From: the human T2T-CHM13v2.0 reference genome, Homo sapiens
Length of the DNA stretch: 64,000 nt
Direction of reading: 5' to 3'
Assembly: GCA_009914755.4 (NCBI GenBank)
Contig: CP068257.2
Coordinates: 14,816,001-14,880,000 of the forward strand
Shown one piece after another: positions 40,301 to 53,295 of the stretch; the first letter of the stretch is position 1, and every line of letters starts with the position of its first letter. Position numbers and translations under genes: made by a program. The notes beneath the pieces are model-generated. The model was not told the origin of the DNA, did no database searches, and was given only the letters and a program-made list of their open reading frames with translations.

Positions 40301-42454
40301 GAAGGAGAGAGACAGGCATTTTAAAAGGCCATTGAAAGCATGTTCAACTGTTGTTAAGATTTAATTTACAAACCATTAGATTTCTTTAATATTTTGTGTT
40401 TTAAAATAACCTCAGGTCTACATGTCCAGAGCTTTTCAGAAATGTTTATAAAATTTGGTTGCTGCGTCACCAAAAAATAGCTTAAAGGTATATAACTTTA
40501 AGCATTTGAACAAATTAAGATTATTTAAAATAATGTATGTATGGTTGTTCTACATATATCTACATTTAAGTTTATTTTAAAAATTATGCAAACTAACTTT
40601 GCATAACCGTAACCAAATAGAAGTCATTAAACCCTATTTATTTTTGTAGTATTCTTGGAATACAAGTGTTTTATTCTTGATGCTATGCTTTCTGTTCAGC
40701 CAAACATATGTTTGTTCCCAAAGAAAAAAATTGAGAACATGATAATTAAGATATGCACTCAATTTATAAGTAAATAACTGATGAAAAAATAGACCAATTG
40801 CTTTGATAATCAGTTCTGTTAGCTTATGTTTAGGGCTGTCACTTCAAAACTGGAAAATGAATCAAAAGGTTTTTCTTTTCCATCTGTTAATATCATCTAT
40901 GACATTTGGATACATATCTATATTTACATTTGCATTTTTACATATACTTATGTCTTACTTAATATAGTATTTACATTTGTTAATCAGCAAATTGTGGTAG
41001 TCCTTCTTTTAATAAACAGTGGTAGAGTTTGAATTTTTGAAGTGTTTATTAATTTATAATAGTGGACTAAAAGAAAGTATAGTTATTTATTTAGATTATC
41101 AGACCATATGATGAGTTATGAGGATCCATATTTATTAATGGTTTTGCCTTGTCAAATGTAAGTCTTGATTACTCTTAGCTGGAAAGAAGTGATGTTTTTA
41201 TTATTTAGCTTAATTCATCTAAAATAAAGAAAATGGCTTTCTGGCAAGACATGACTTCGCCTTTTTGATTACAGCATTTATTTCCCGAGTCTTCAAACAC
41301 CTCAATCACGCAAGGTTCAATTCCAATTGAGTGTTCAGACCACACAAATAGTACAATGTTTAATACTTGGTTTAACAAAATAAGGGCATTAGCACTCACA
41401 ATTTTGATTCTTTACATATTGCCTAGGCTCGTTAAGGCAAAAGATCAAAGACTCTTTTTTAAAAAAGGGAAAAAAGAAAACCTCCATGCTAGAAAATGGG
41501 GAAAAGCTGAGTCTGAAATTAAATCCTAAGCCTCATAGGTTGGCTTTTCAACAGTTCAAACCTCAATTTTTCTTCGCTGTAACTCCCATTTGAAACAAAA
41601 TGAAATTTTCCAAACCTAAGTACTGTGTTTTGCAAATCTTTTTGGTTTTCTTCATAACAGCATTTCTCTTTTTAAACAGTCTATCGCCTGCTTTTATTAG
41701 TTTTTTATCTCTACTCTCTTAATTTTACTCCTTTTCTATTTAGTCTCTTTTTTCCATCACCCTTTTTCTTCAGCTTCTCCTATGTCTTCCTGCTTGAATC
41801 TAATGATTAGACCTCCTTGCGTTCTAGTACTTTTGTCTGCTTGGAATATGCATACACAAACAAAACTGTTCAACTTTCTCAGTTCCGTTTCTACTATTTT
41901 CGTAATTTATGAAACCACAGTAGATGTAATTTGCGTAAACATTCTCAACATACAAATTTCGTTTCCTGTAATTCTCGGTATCAATTTGGAGTATTGTTTA
42001 TCTATATCCTCAAATTTGACAAATGTTGATTATTAGAATCTTTTCCTACTTCTCAAAGAAGCAACAGTTTCCATCTTTAAATTACAGATTTCTGGCGCTT
42101 TATCTCATATCACTATGAATTACTTTTGCTTTATTTAAAAAATTTAAAAAAGATATTATGTAGAAAATACATTCTGGACTCAGGGAATATAGAGAGGTCT
42201 GAGAGCTTAAGAAGAATAGAAACTCATCTGGCTAGATGGCACCAAACTGCATCACTTCAGGCCACACAATGTTCATTAACACTTAAAGGACTTTTTTTTT
42301 TTGTATATAAATTATATAGCCAAAAACAAAGTAAAACATAACCCACCAAAAATATTTTGTTTTACCTCTTGGTTGGCAATTTTGGCATCAAGCACACATA
42401 CTTTAATCATAGTAATACTTTTCTTACAGAGACATGGAGGTTGCTCGCTAAATA

Positions 42455-42495
42455 GAGCAAAGCAAAACAAAACAAAACAAAACAAAACAAAAACA
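42455..42495. repeat. (CAAAA)n microsatellite
   Basis: 'agcaaagcaaaacaaaacaaaacaaaacaaaacaaaaacac'. Confidence 0.9.
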
Positions 42496-42716
42496 CACCT
42501 TTCAGAATGAACAGGGCATTCATACAGAAACTGTGGAGGTGAAGTTGGCACTTACTCATCTCAAAGGACATTGTCTTTTGGCCAAGGCTGCCATCCTGTC
42601 TGCTTTGACACTTGGAAATGGCAACTGAGTTCGTAACACAAAACTGAATGTTGCCCTTCTTAATGTGAGGAGAGAATGAAATAGAACACAAAAAAAATGG
42701 CATTCAAGAATATAAT

Positions 42717-43028
42717 CGCCATGGTGGCTCATGCCTGTAATCCTAGTACTTTGGGAGGCTGAGATGGGTGGATCACCTGAGGTCAGGAGTTCGAGACCAG
42801 CCTGGCCAACATGAGGAAACCCTGTCTCTACTAAAAATACAAAAATTAGCCGGGCGTGGTGGCATGTGCCTATAATCCCAGCTACTCAGGAGACTCAGGC
42901 AGGAGAATCACTTGAACCCAGGAGGGGCGGAGCTTGCAGTGAGCCGAGATCACACCACTTCACTCCAGCCTGGGAGAAAGAGTGAAACTCTGTCAAAAAA
43001 AAAAAAAAGAAAGAAAGAAAGAAAAAAG
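42717..43028 (+). mobile_element. Alu SINE, sense, with an A-rich/(GAAA)n tail
   Basis: 'cgccatggtggctcatgcctgtaatcctagtactttgggaggctgagatgggtggatcacctgaggtcaggagttcgagaccagcctggccaacatgaggaaaccctgtctctactaaaaatacaaaaattagccgggcgtggtgg...'. Target-site duplication 'ga(a/t)ataat' at about 42708-42716 and 43027-43035. Confidence 0.9.
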
Positions 43029-46000
43029 GATATAATTATAAGAAATATTGCTGGGAGCAAAACAGACTCATCAGACTCATTGCTACACTAAGTCAATGAT
43101 CTGAGTTTCAGAATAAAAAGAGAATTTTAAATTTAGCACCCAGAGTAATTTGAAAAAGTATGAAGAAGACATATTTTAAATAGGTGATTGTAGATTGATG
43201 GGATTTTCTTGATTTATTTCTGTACTTGAGCTTTTTCTCTGCAGTAAAGTTTATAAAAGATAAACAGTACCCCTGTATTCTATGAAGAAACAGATAATAC
43301 CCCCACTTGAGGTTGTTTTTGAAAATTATTAATTGAAATTTAAAGTGAGAAAAATATTAGGTTTCTGGGAATAATCCTACAACATTGAAATGAATACATA
43401 AAGAAATAAATTGGTTACCACAGCTCACCTCTTTATTTTGCACTTTTGTATAACATACATCAAAAACCATATTCCATTAGTTTCCCTAGACCATCCTATG
43501 ACTTCTACCTTTTCCTTACATTTCATATTTTCATATCAGATCTCATATTTCTCAACCCCCACTTCTATGTGTTTTGACCAATTTTTAAGCTGCATTTCTT
43601 TACAGAGTACTAGGCATCTCACTATTTTATTAATATTAGGCATATTAATAAAATGTCTATCATCAATATTATCAATTATTAATATTGTTAATATTAACTA
43701 TGTTAATACCAATATTCATTATGTGCAACTCTTAAACATGCTATATATGCATAAGTATTTGGATAGACAGATTCGATTGTAAAGGAAGAATGGACAGGAT
43801 AAAGCCATGTGTACAGAGTGCAATAGTGAGGTCCAGAAAAGCTGGATATTTGTCTAGGAGAGTTTCTAATGCATGACATATTCGGTTGGTTGGGATAATT
43901 TGGCAGTAATCCCTGTGCTTTTAAAGTAGTAACTACAAAATAGAAGTGTTGTACCTTTTGAATTTAGTATGTCACTTCTTTAAAAGTCTGTAAAAATTTT
44001 ACAAGAATTTCAATATAAGTTCTTTTCTGGAAATGTAAGTAACATTTAAAGAAATGTACAGACAAAATAATACACTAAGAATTTTACACACACAAAAAAA
44101 AGTTCTAAATGTTTAACTCTATCCAGTACCTATTATTGCAGTTTAACAAAAATTGATCACCCTTGAGGTTTGTGGTACTGTTACTCATCACAGAGGTTGA
44201 AAAACCTTAATTGCTAGCTTATTTGGTTCAAAAGAATAAAAAGAATCAGAAAGAAAATAAATATTTTTCAGAAATCCAAAAATAATTCTTTAGTGCAGAA
44301 TTATTAAATGTTAATTTATTGCCAAGTTCCTTGTATTTATTGAAATAGTTGTGCTACTTTGGGGAAAATAGCAAACATTGTTAAGTGATGTGTAGTGTTT
44401 GGTTGCCAGTTTCTACATTTTTAAACAAGGGACAAATGTATCTCTTGGGGTTAGCAGAAATTAAGCTGTTTACATATCTTCTCATTGCTCAGAAATTTTG
44501 AGCCACACATATGTATGGAAATTCAAATGTTTTTATATATAAGAGTTTTAACTCCTATAGTACCTTGTAACAAATATTAACTTCCATAGCAAAAAATATT
44601 TTGTTATATTTTGCAAACCACTTTTATTACTGGAAAAGCAAGATGAATTCAGAAATAGGTAGAAATATCATGTTCTGTTTTTTATTGCTTGTGACAATGC
44701 ACTATAAGTGATGAATAATTTTTGAGTGCTTGCTGTATTTCCACACCATTTTTGTCATCATAAAAGTGACTGATAATTAACATAGTTCTCTTCAAATGTG
44801 TTTTGATATAATTATGGAAATGTCTCTAAAAGACATAAAAGGATCTTGCATATTAAAAAGTCATTCACCAGGAAGTGATATTAGAGTTACAGGAATTGAC
44901 AGGAGGTGGAGCCGAATGATAGTGGCAATAATGAGCGAGTGCCTCATGGAAGCATCAGGGTTACAGTATTGAAGATTATGTAGAACTTTATTAGAGAGAC
45001 GAGGGTAAAAGTGGAGGGCACTTTGTATGAAGGCAAGCTCATGAATGAAAGAATGCAGTTTTCAATGATACAGCAGTGAGAAGGTAACCCTGAAGTATTT
45101 CTTGGTATGTTCCAGTAAAAATAAATAAATAAATAAATCAGATGAGTATTATGGAAACAGCTTATGTATGGCTTTGACATCTAGATAGAATAGTTTTATG
45201 TTTGATGTTGTCTGAAATAGGGCACCATAATCGATTTTTAAGCAGAGTTACAATATAATGAAAGCAGCATTTAATATGGATTATTCCAGAAGTGACAGGC
45301 AATATATAGGTGACAGTTGGAGGGTGGAGAGAGAATCTGGAGGCAGCTCAAGCTTTGAAAGTCCACAGGAAACATTTCCAGGAATGCAGGTGTGAAGTGA
45401 ATGATAAGCTTTTAGCTTTTGGTGGTGGCAATTAGAACACTGAAAAGGAGAGGATACCTGAGGCATTTAATTTATAATAACACTGTATATCTATATTTTA
45501 ATCTTATAACTACCCTTATATGTTTGGTGTTACAGTTGTCAGTTTTGTTCCATGGGCAAAATAGGTTACCATTAATGCATTCCTTATCTTTCTGTTAAAG
45601 GCATTATTTAAAAATCCACATTGTCCTGCTTATGCAAAGATAGTACTACATAGTACTATCCACTATTATAATCCACTGAGAGCATGTACTTTGAATTATT
45701 TTCCAACAGTTGCAGAAAAATTTGCTGAAACAGACACATGCTCTCTCAGTCCATCCTCATTATAAACAATAGCTGGTACTTTTGAGATTCTTAGTAAGAA
45801 TTGGTGAACCATTTGATGGCTTGGGACTGAAAGCTCTGTATCCATCATATAGAAGAAGGCAGCTGATACATAATGGTTGCCATCTTCCAATAGTGTTATT
45901 AATGCCATCTACTAAGCAACTGAACCAATCTACTATGTATAGTATGGAAGGTAAGCTAGCTGCCAGAAGATGGCAGAAAGGTAAACTAACAGAATTTGTC

Positions 46001-47606
46001 TTTGAGTTCTGTGTTGATGAACACTTTTGAACTTCTCACTAATTCTGTAGATTGTCAGAATACGAGGTCCAAATTAAACTTATAGCAAATTTGATGAAGA
46101 CATAGAGTTGATTCTGATATGAATCTTACGAATGATAAAGGAGTACATTTTATATATTTAGAGTATTGATTCATACTAATTAATTGGAATGCCATTTAGG
46201 GGTCATTTATGATGTTATGGGGTTCAGCAATACAAGCATGAGAATTCCTTCTATTAAATAGAAAATTTATTTCCTGCTCTTTGGAAGGGTGAGGCCCATT
46301 TTGTAATTGGAGTGTGAATGTTGTAAACAATATTTGCTATTGTTTGATTGCTTTTAGAGCTGTATCAAAGAGCCTTAACCATTGTGTGTTATTTTTTGCT
46401 TTATAGCCTCTAACCTAAGCGTCAATATATATTGTTTTCACGTATTGTATTGATTGTATCAATGTCACGTAATTTTGTCAGCAACAGCCTAGTCAATTCC
46501 ATCTGTCCTGTTTTGATGACTGATTTCCTTATGTCAATAAATTGACAACTAAGTTATCCAAATGAGCAATCTAAAAAAGATTGCTTTTAATATGCTTTCT
46601 TCCCCTTGGACATTTAGACAACTTTATACCAAGTCTCTGTGCATCCATTATTAGTATATTCTGGCCAGCTAAGCCTCTCTGAAAAGCATGATTTTTACAT
46701 AATACATCTTTATTTGTTATATTGCTGTAATCAAATTATCTCTATGTTGTTGATCAGGGAGGAATTCTAGACATATAAGTAAAATATTGTGTGAATTTTA
46801 TTGAATGAAGCAATTAGGGCTCTTTGACCTTCTGGTTGCAACTTCTATTTTAGAAAGACATTAGAAACCCACATTTGAAAATGTCTAGGAATTTTCTCTT
46901 GGCAATATAGTGCTTTCATTTTTAAAGGCGGAGAAGAAAACTTCACTTTCTGGGTTGTACTTGTCTACAGAAAAATTGTACTGGAGCTTTAGTATGATCC
47001 TGACAAGTAGTTTAATCATCCCTGGCTGTAAAATACCTAACAAAGCTTGAGGGGGAAGATAAGACTTAAATTTTATAGAGAGTTCATTGTTTTGGGTACA
47101 ATTTGTCTATTATTTTCCTGCAGATATGATGATAATTATAACATAGTCATTAAAGCGGAGGTTACTTACCTAAAGAACAAAACAATACTTCTTTGTTAAT
47201 GATGAAGAGAAAGTTGTAAGTAATTTAGAGGTGAACATAAAGATGGAAGAAGTGAAGCTGTGCCGGGATCCTGGGGATGAGGGAGAAGACATCACAGGCT
47301 TCTGTAACACTCAAAATAACAAATGATGCATAAATAGTACAGCAATATTTAATAAGCATTTTGATATCTTTGATGACCACTTCAGAAAATGAACATTATT
47401 GAACAAAGTATAAAGCATATTTAAAATATTGAATCAAATGACAAGGACCAAGAATTGACAGTACCAGATTATACATACTAAAAAGAAAACAAAAAATTAA
47501 GTAATTATTTGAGAGAAAAAGTCTCAAAATGGATGTATCTTTAAAAAACTACACTGAATTAATAGAAGTTGGTATAGATTCAAACCAGGAACTGGAAATT
47601 CTTTTT

Positions 47607-47916
47607 AATTTATTTTTTTGTTTTATATTTTTTTGAGACAGAGTCCCACTCTGTCACTCAGGCTGGAGTACAGTGGCACAATCTCTGCTCATTGTGACCT
47701 TTGCCTCCTGGGTTCAAGCGATTCTCATGCCTCAGCCTCCTGAGTAACTGGGACTACAGGCGTACGCCACCACGCCCAGCTAATTTTTGTGTCTTTAGTA
47801 GAGAGAGGATTTCACCATGTTGCCCAGGCTAGTCTCGAACTCCTGGCCTCAAGTGGTCTGCCTGCCTCAGCCTCCTAAAGTGCTGGGATTACAGGCATGA
47901 GCCACTACACCTGGGG
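47607..47916 (-). mobile_element. Alu SINE, antisense
   Basis: T-rich tail, then 'gagacagagtcccactctgtcactcaggctggagtacagtggcacaatctctgctcattgtgacctttgcctcctgggttcaagcgattctc...gctgggattacaggcatgagccactacacctggg'. Confidence 0.9.
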
Positions 47917-48712
47917 GAAATTCTCACCCTAAACATGAGCACAAAGTTTATCTGATAATTGCTCATATAAATAATCTACTTCCATGCAAAAAGTTTAGAT
48001 CAGTGTGAGAAACTATATTTAAATTTCACAAGTTAGAAATTTTAAATACAATTTATTATATTTTAATTATAATGTACTTATTTATAATTTAATTTTCATT
48101 CAGAGAATATCATAAAAAAACTTGTATGTGTTTCTTAAGCTCAAAGGGCACAAAATCTTATTATTTTGTAATCAAAGAACAAAATAGGAAAAACAAAACA
48201 ATGTATATGAGTACAAGGCATTTTTCACCTTCAATTTAATGCTTATAATGTAGTCCAGGTCTTCAAAGTAGCCTAAGCACCATGGTGCAACCACTTAATA
48301 TATTTTGATTTATGTTTATTTGTTTCTACAAATCACACGATGTGTAGATGAGTATTCTCAGGACACTGTGTCAGTAGTAATTTGTATTGGAAAAATTATT
48401 TTGCTAGATTTATTAACATTTACTACATTTTTTTCAAGAAATTGTTCATTTTGTCATAAAAGAATTTTTCCATCAGTCTATAATATCAAGAAGAAAGAAT
48501 GCAAAAACAGAAATAAAAAGGTGCATGGTGAGTGAATGAACAAACTGTAGAGTGTAAGATTTTTAGGAAGAAATTAAGGAACTGATTCATAAATAAAAGA
48601 AAATGGTAATGAAAACAAAGTGAATTGATTGCAAACATGCTGTTGATATAACCATAGAATACTGGATATCCATGGGAGAGCTTATAAATGCTACTGGACA
48701 TTTGTACACAAC

Positions 48713-48756
48713 TGTGTGTATATGTGTCTGTGTGTGTGTCTGTGTGTGTGTGTGAT
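48713..48756. repeat. (TG)n/(TGTC)n microsatellite
   Basis: 'gtgtgtatatgtgtctgtgtgtgtgtctgtgtgtgtgtgtga'. Confidence 0.9.
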
Positions 48757-48989
48757 GAGGAGTGGGGGGAGAAAGGATGCATCATTGTATTTTTTATTCT
48801 AGGTTTGTTTTTTATTTGTATGTAGTTACCACAATGATATTCAAATTTTAGGGGAAAATGAGAATTTTTTTACTTCTGCAAATATATTTAATACAACCCA
48901 TCCAAATTTATTCTAAATACATTTTGATACAATTTGTCAACCTATAATTCTTCAAGAAGTGGAATCAGCAGTTGGTAATAATTGCACAT

Positions 48990-49175
48990 CTGTGGTTAAT
49001 TAGCTCAGTTGGTTGAATCATGGAGCTAATGAGGCCAAAGCCTGGGTTTGATCTCTGCGTGGGCTGGTGAGTTTTGCTCTATTCCTGGGTCGTAGACTGC
49101 AGTTCAAACCCAGGCCAAGTATCTCATGGATGCATGCCACTGACCATAAGAAACTGGGCAAGAGAAAGTAACTTC
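48990..49175 (+). repeat. MIR-like (tRNA-derived SINE) fragment with an internal inverted segment
   Basis: 'ttagctcagttggttgaatcatggagctaatgaggccaaagcctgggtttgatctctgcgtgggctgg' resembles the MIR tRNA-like head (D-arm-like 'gctcagttgg', T-arm-like 'gcctgggtt(c/t)ga(a)tc'). '...gccactgaccataagaaactgggcaagagaaagtaacttcaacag' resembles the MIR core 'gccacttactagctgtgtgaccttgggcaagttacttaacctct'. An extra segment of about 55 bp lies between the two. Confidence 0.4.
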
Positions 49176-50740
49176 AACAGGTCCGGAACACATCTTCAAA
49201 CTATATACAGCATCTGCTTGTTAATGTATGAAGAGAAGCATTAGTTATGAACTCAGTACTCTCACAAAAAGACACACAGGAAACTTTCTGTGGCCTCAAA
49301 TGAAACATTGAGGAATAAGTAATATTAGGAATTACCTAACGAGCACATGGGAAATAGCTAATTCATAACCACAAATAGAATCTATTTCAAATGGCAAGGG
49401 AAGCAAAATCCCTGTCATTCCCACACATTGATTTTTCCTTGGTAGATTGTAAAGGTCTTTAAGGTGTTGGATGAAGAGTTCTGAATCAGCTGTGAAATAA
49501 GACAAAAGAGGGAGGAGAGAAAGCAGATGGAAAGCCAAAATGTCACATTCGTTTTAGATAAAGACTAGAGGATGTAGTTTAGACCCACAGGTAAGTGGGC
49601 TCCTTAACACTAACCTCAGAATTAGAGACATTTCCCACCAACATAGAGTAAGAAAACACAGGTCTCCCCAGTGCGACCAGCCTCACTTTGTGGCCTGATA
49701 ACGCTTTTTGTAGGAAGGTCATCCCCAAGGAGAAAAAGGGAAGAGAAAGGGAGTGTTGTCATATATGGACAGATCGTTTTTCTTACAAACATATAAATCA
49801 GATTGGGCCACTGGTTAACACTGAGTGAGAGAAGGAGAGAGGCCTGGATTGTTCCATATGAAAAAAAAAATCAAGAGTGGAAAATAATTCCTGCCACCTC
49901 CATCTTCAACTATATATTTTATTTTTAAATTGGATAAATGGCCAGTGTAAGATGAAAACCAAGAAAAATGCCAGAAACTGAGACTTAGACTGTATGTCCA
50001 TTGTGGTAGATAGAAACTTGTGAACTTACTAAGAATCAATGTATCTCTGTTGCAGTGTGATGGTCTTTCCTCATGGTCTCCCAAATTTCTAAGGGTAGTT
50101 GGTTCCCAGTATGTCTGCCACATTGTGATCACAAATATCATGATCATGAAGAAATGCTTTGTTTGGAAATGCCTACAAATAATGATGGAAGGGCCCAATT
50201 GAAAGTAAATATTTTGCTGAAATTATCCATTTACCAATTCATTATCATTAACAATGAACTCAACATAACATTAGTCTAATGAGATAGCTCATTTTTTTTT
50301 TTAAAAGTTATGTTGTCGAATATATCCTTTAAACATTGTCAGATATATTCCCTTTAGGGATTCACAATGCACTTCGTCTCTTTAATGTTTGACTTTATCA
50401 CAATGTTTTTCATACTTTGGTAAGTAATCCCATCTAACTGCTGTTTGATAATTTAAGTTTGGGAAACACTAATCAAAACCATAATGTGAGCAAGTTCTTT
50501 GTAGTAATATTTTATGATGTTTAGTTTACTAATAATTATGAATAGATAATTTATCTTTCAATGATGTTTGCTTTTAAAAAAGCTATAAATTCATGGCATA
50601 GTAAGTTGAAATAACATTTTAGTTGTAGAAATGATAATTAACAGCTTTTTGTAGATGCTGTTTTGTATTTTTTTTACTCTGTTATGGTCTATAGAGAAAG
50701 ACTCTTGGAGTGCATTTGCATTGCTGCCATTGTGATTTTC

Positions 50741-51622
50741 TTTTTTTATTATTATGCTTTAAGGTCTAGGGTACATGTGCACAACGTGCAGGTTTGTTAC
50801 ATAGGCATACATGTGCCATGTTGGTTTGCTGCACCCATCAACTTGTCATTTACATTAGGTATTTCTCCTAATGCTATCCCTCCCCCAGCACCCCCTGCAA
50901 CAGGCCACAGTGTGTGATGTTGCCTGCCCCGTGTCCAAGTGTTCTCATTGTTCACTTCCCACCTATGAGTGAGAACATGCGGTGTTTGGTTTTCTGTCCT
51001 TGTGATAGTTTGCTGAGAATGATGGTTTCCAGCTTCATCTATGTCCTTGCAAAGGACATGAACTCATCCTTTTTTATGGCTGCATAGTATTCCATGGTGT
51101 ATATGTGCCACATTTTCTTTATCTGGTCTATCATTGATGAACATTGGGCTGGTTCCAAGACTTTGCTGTGAATAGTACCACAGTAAACCTACGTGTGCAT
51201 GTGTCTTTATAGTAGAATGATTTATAATCTTTTGGGTATATACTCAGTAATGGGATTGCTGGGTCAAATGGTATTTCTAGTTCTAGATCCTTGAGGAATC
51301 ACCACACTGTCTTCCACAATGGTTGAACTAGTTTACACTCCCACCAAGTGTAAAAGGGTTCATTTTTCTCCACATCCTCTCCATCATCTGTTGTTTCCTG
51401 ACTTTTTAATGATTGCCATTCTAAATGGCATGAGATGGTATCTTATTTTGGTTTTGATTTGCATTTCTCTGATGACCAGTGATGATGAGCATTTTTTCAT
51501 GTGTATTTTGGCTGCACAAATGTCTTTTTTTGAGAAGTGTGTGTTCATATCCTTTGGCTACTTTTTGATGGGGTTGTTTGTTTTTATCTTGTAAATTTCT
51601 TTAAGTTCTTAGTAGATTCTTT
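50741..51622 (-). mobile_element. L1PA-type (young primate L1) 3' fragment, 5'-truncated, antisense
   Basis: Poly-T, then 'attattatgctttaaggtctagggtacatgtgcacaacgtgcaggtttgttacataggcatacatgtgccatgttggtttgctgcacccatcaac...cctcccccagcaccccctgcaacaggcc...cacctatgagtgagaacatgcggtgtttgg...', the reverse complement of the L1PA 3' end. Continues through the ORF2 C-terminal region '...gagatggtatcttattttggttttgatttgcatttctctgatgaccagtgatgatgagcattttttc...'. Confidence 0.85.
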
Positions 51623-51961
51623 AAGAATCCTACATGTTATTTGTGGCTTACAAAAAACTTTAACCTTAGCTTATATAGAGATATTGATTGAGTTTAGATC
51701 TCAACCTCAAGATTCCATTGAAAGTGGTTATACAGACATCTAAGTTCATTTATTCCTCTTTAATAATACATACAGTCCTATTATTATTTATACAGTTAAT
51801 TTATCTTCGGGGAAGTCGTCAACAAAATGACATCACAAAAATTAATCAATTACATTCAAATGGAATAAAATGTAATCATGGAGATTCCAAATTATATTAA
51901 AAACATCTGTATACAAAATACTGTTTAAAATTAGGCCTTTTGTTGCAAAAAAAGAATTTTT

Positions 51962-52148
51962 AATTTGTCGCCCAGGCTGGAGTGCAGTGGCAGGATCTTG
52001 ACTCACTGCAACCTCCACCTCCCTGGCTCAGGCAATCCTTCTAACCTAGGCCTCCTGAGTAGCTGGGACTACAGGTGTGTGTCACCATGCCCAACCAACA
52101 TTTTTGGATTTTTGGTAGAGACAGGGTTTTACCATGTTGCCCAGGCTG
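51962..52148 (-). mobile_element. Alu fragment, truncated at both ends, antisense
   Basis: 'tcgcccaggctggagtgcagtggcaggatcttgactcactgcaacctccacctccctggctcaggcaatccttctaacctaggcctcctgagtagctgggactacaggtgtgtgtcaccatgcccaacc...tttttggtagagacagggttttaccatgttgcccaggctgg'. Both ends fall in the 'cccaggctgg' motifs that occur twice inside Alu. Confidence 0.85.
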
Positions 52149-53295
52149 GGAAAATAATTCCTTTTTTAAAAAAGCCATCTTTTGGTATGTTTGTTTATTA
52201 TGATTCTACTTAAATTCTCACTGAATTCTTTTCCAGAAGTTATTGCAAAACAGAACTCTGAACATTCTTCCTGTTCTTTTCTGCACAAGCAAACAGTCCA
52301 TCCAGATAATCCGGATTTCGCCAAACTCAAACTTTACTTTTACTTATTGTCAGTGAATTTTACTCCCCTCTTAAAAATCTAGTGATCTAAACCAGACTAA
52401 AAAAAAAGTGTTCTATAAAATTATACAGGGAAAATCATTTTATATTGTATGCCTCCTCTTATCTTCATCACCCTCATAGGGGCAGGCAGGCTGGAGCGAG
52501 AGAGAAATAGAGGAAGAGATAAAGGAAGAAAAATGCAATAGAATGTATGTTTTCCCTGAAAAGCACACTCAGTGAACAAAATTAGCCCTTGGGTTGCACG
52601 GACCCTGGGTTTTACATCATGGCTATTGTTTATTACTTGGAAGTAAGTATTATTTCAGTTTATTGATTTGTAAAAGAGAATAATAGCATCTACCCTGCTA
52701 AACTTTCAAAGATATTAACTGACATAATATATGTAGCATCATATAAATGTACAGTCATGTAATATGTGCATATAGATGTACAATAATGTACATGATATAA
52801 ATGTATAATGGTAGCATCATCGCCCTTTTTAAGAAATGATGCTGAGAAATTTTTCTAGATAGCTTTCTGTTTATAAATATTTTCAATGTAGGTATAAAGT
52901 CCTGAGGTGTAAAAAAATGACTGTGATGGCTAATATTTAATTTTTAGTATGTGCTAGACATGTTCTGACTCTTTTAGATGAATATATTTTTATTTAATTA
53001 TTTCAATGACCCAATTAGGTAATTATTTCCTTTTATTCTTATTGCAAAGGAGAGGAAAGTGAACACACGTTGACTAAATGGCTTACCCCAGGTTACAATG
53101 CAAAAAGGGGTTCAGGTTATCTCGTCTACCCTTAGTTTTGACAGGCAATCTCTTCTATAGAATCCTTTCACACAATGTTCCAGCCTCTTGTGAAATTTAT
53201 TCCGGTAAATGAGGCAGGGCATGCTAGTATGCTCATTTTTCTGTGCAGACTCCCTTCCACAGTAACTCCATAGATTTAAAACAAACTTTTGTCCT

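Noticed and set aside
48990-49060. tRNA-like sequence ('gctcagttggtt...gcctgggtttgatc')
   Set aside because: The D-loop is far too long, no anticodon stem-loop can be drawn, and it sits at the head of a MIR-type SINE, which is tRNA-derived. It is therefore a SINE head, not a tRNA gene.
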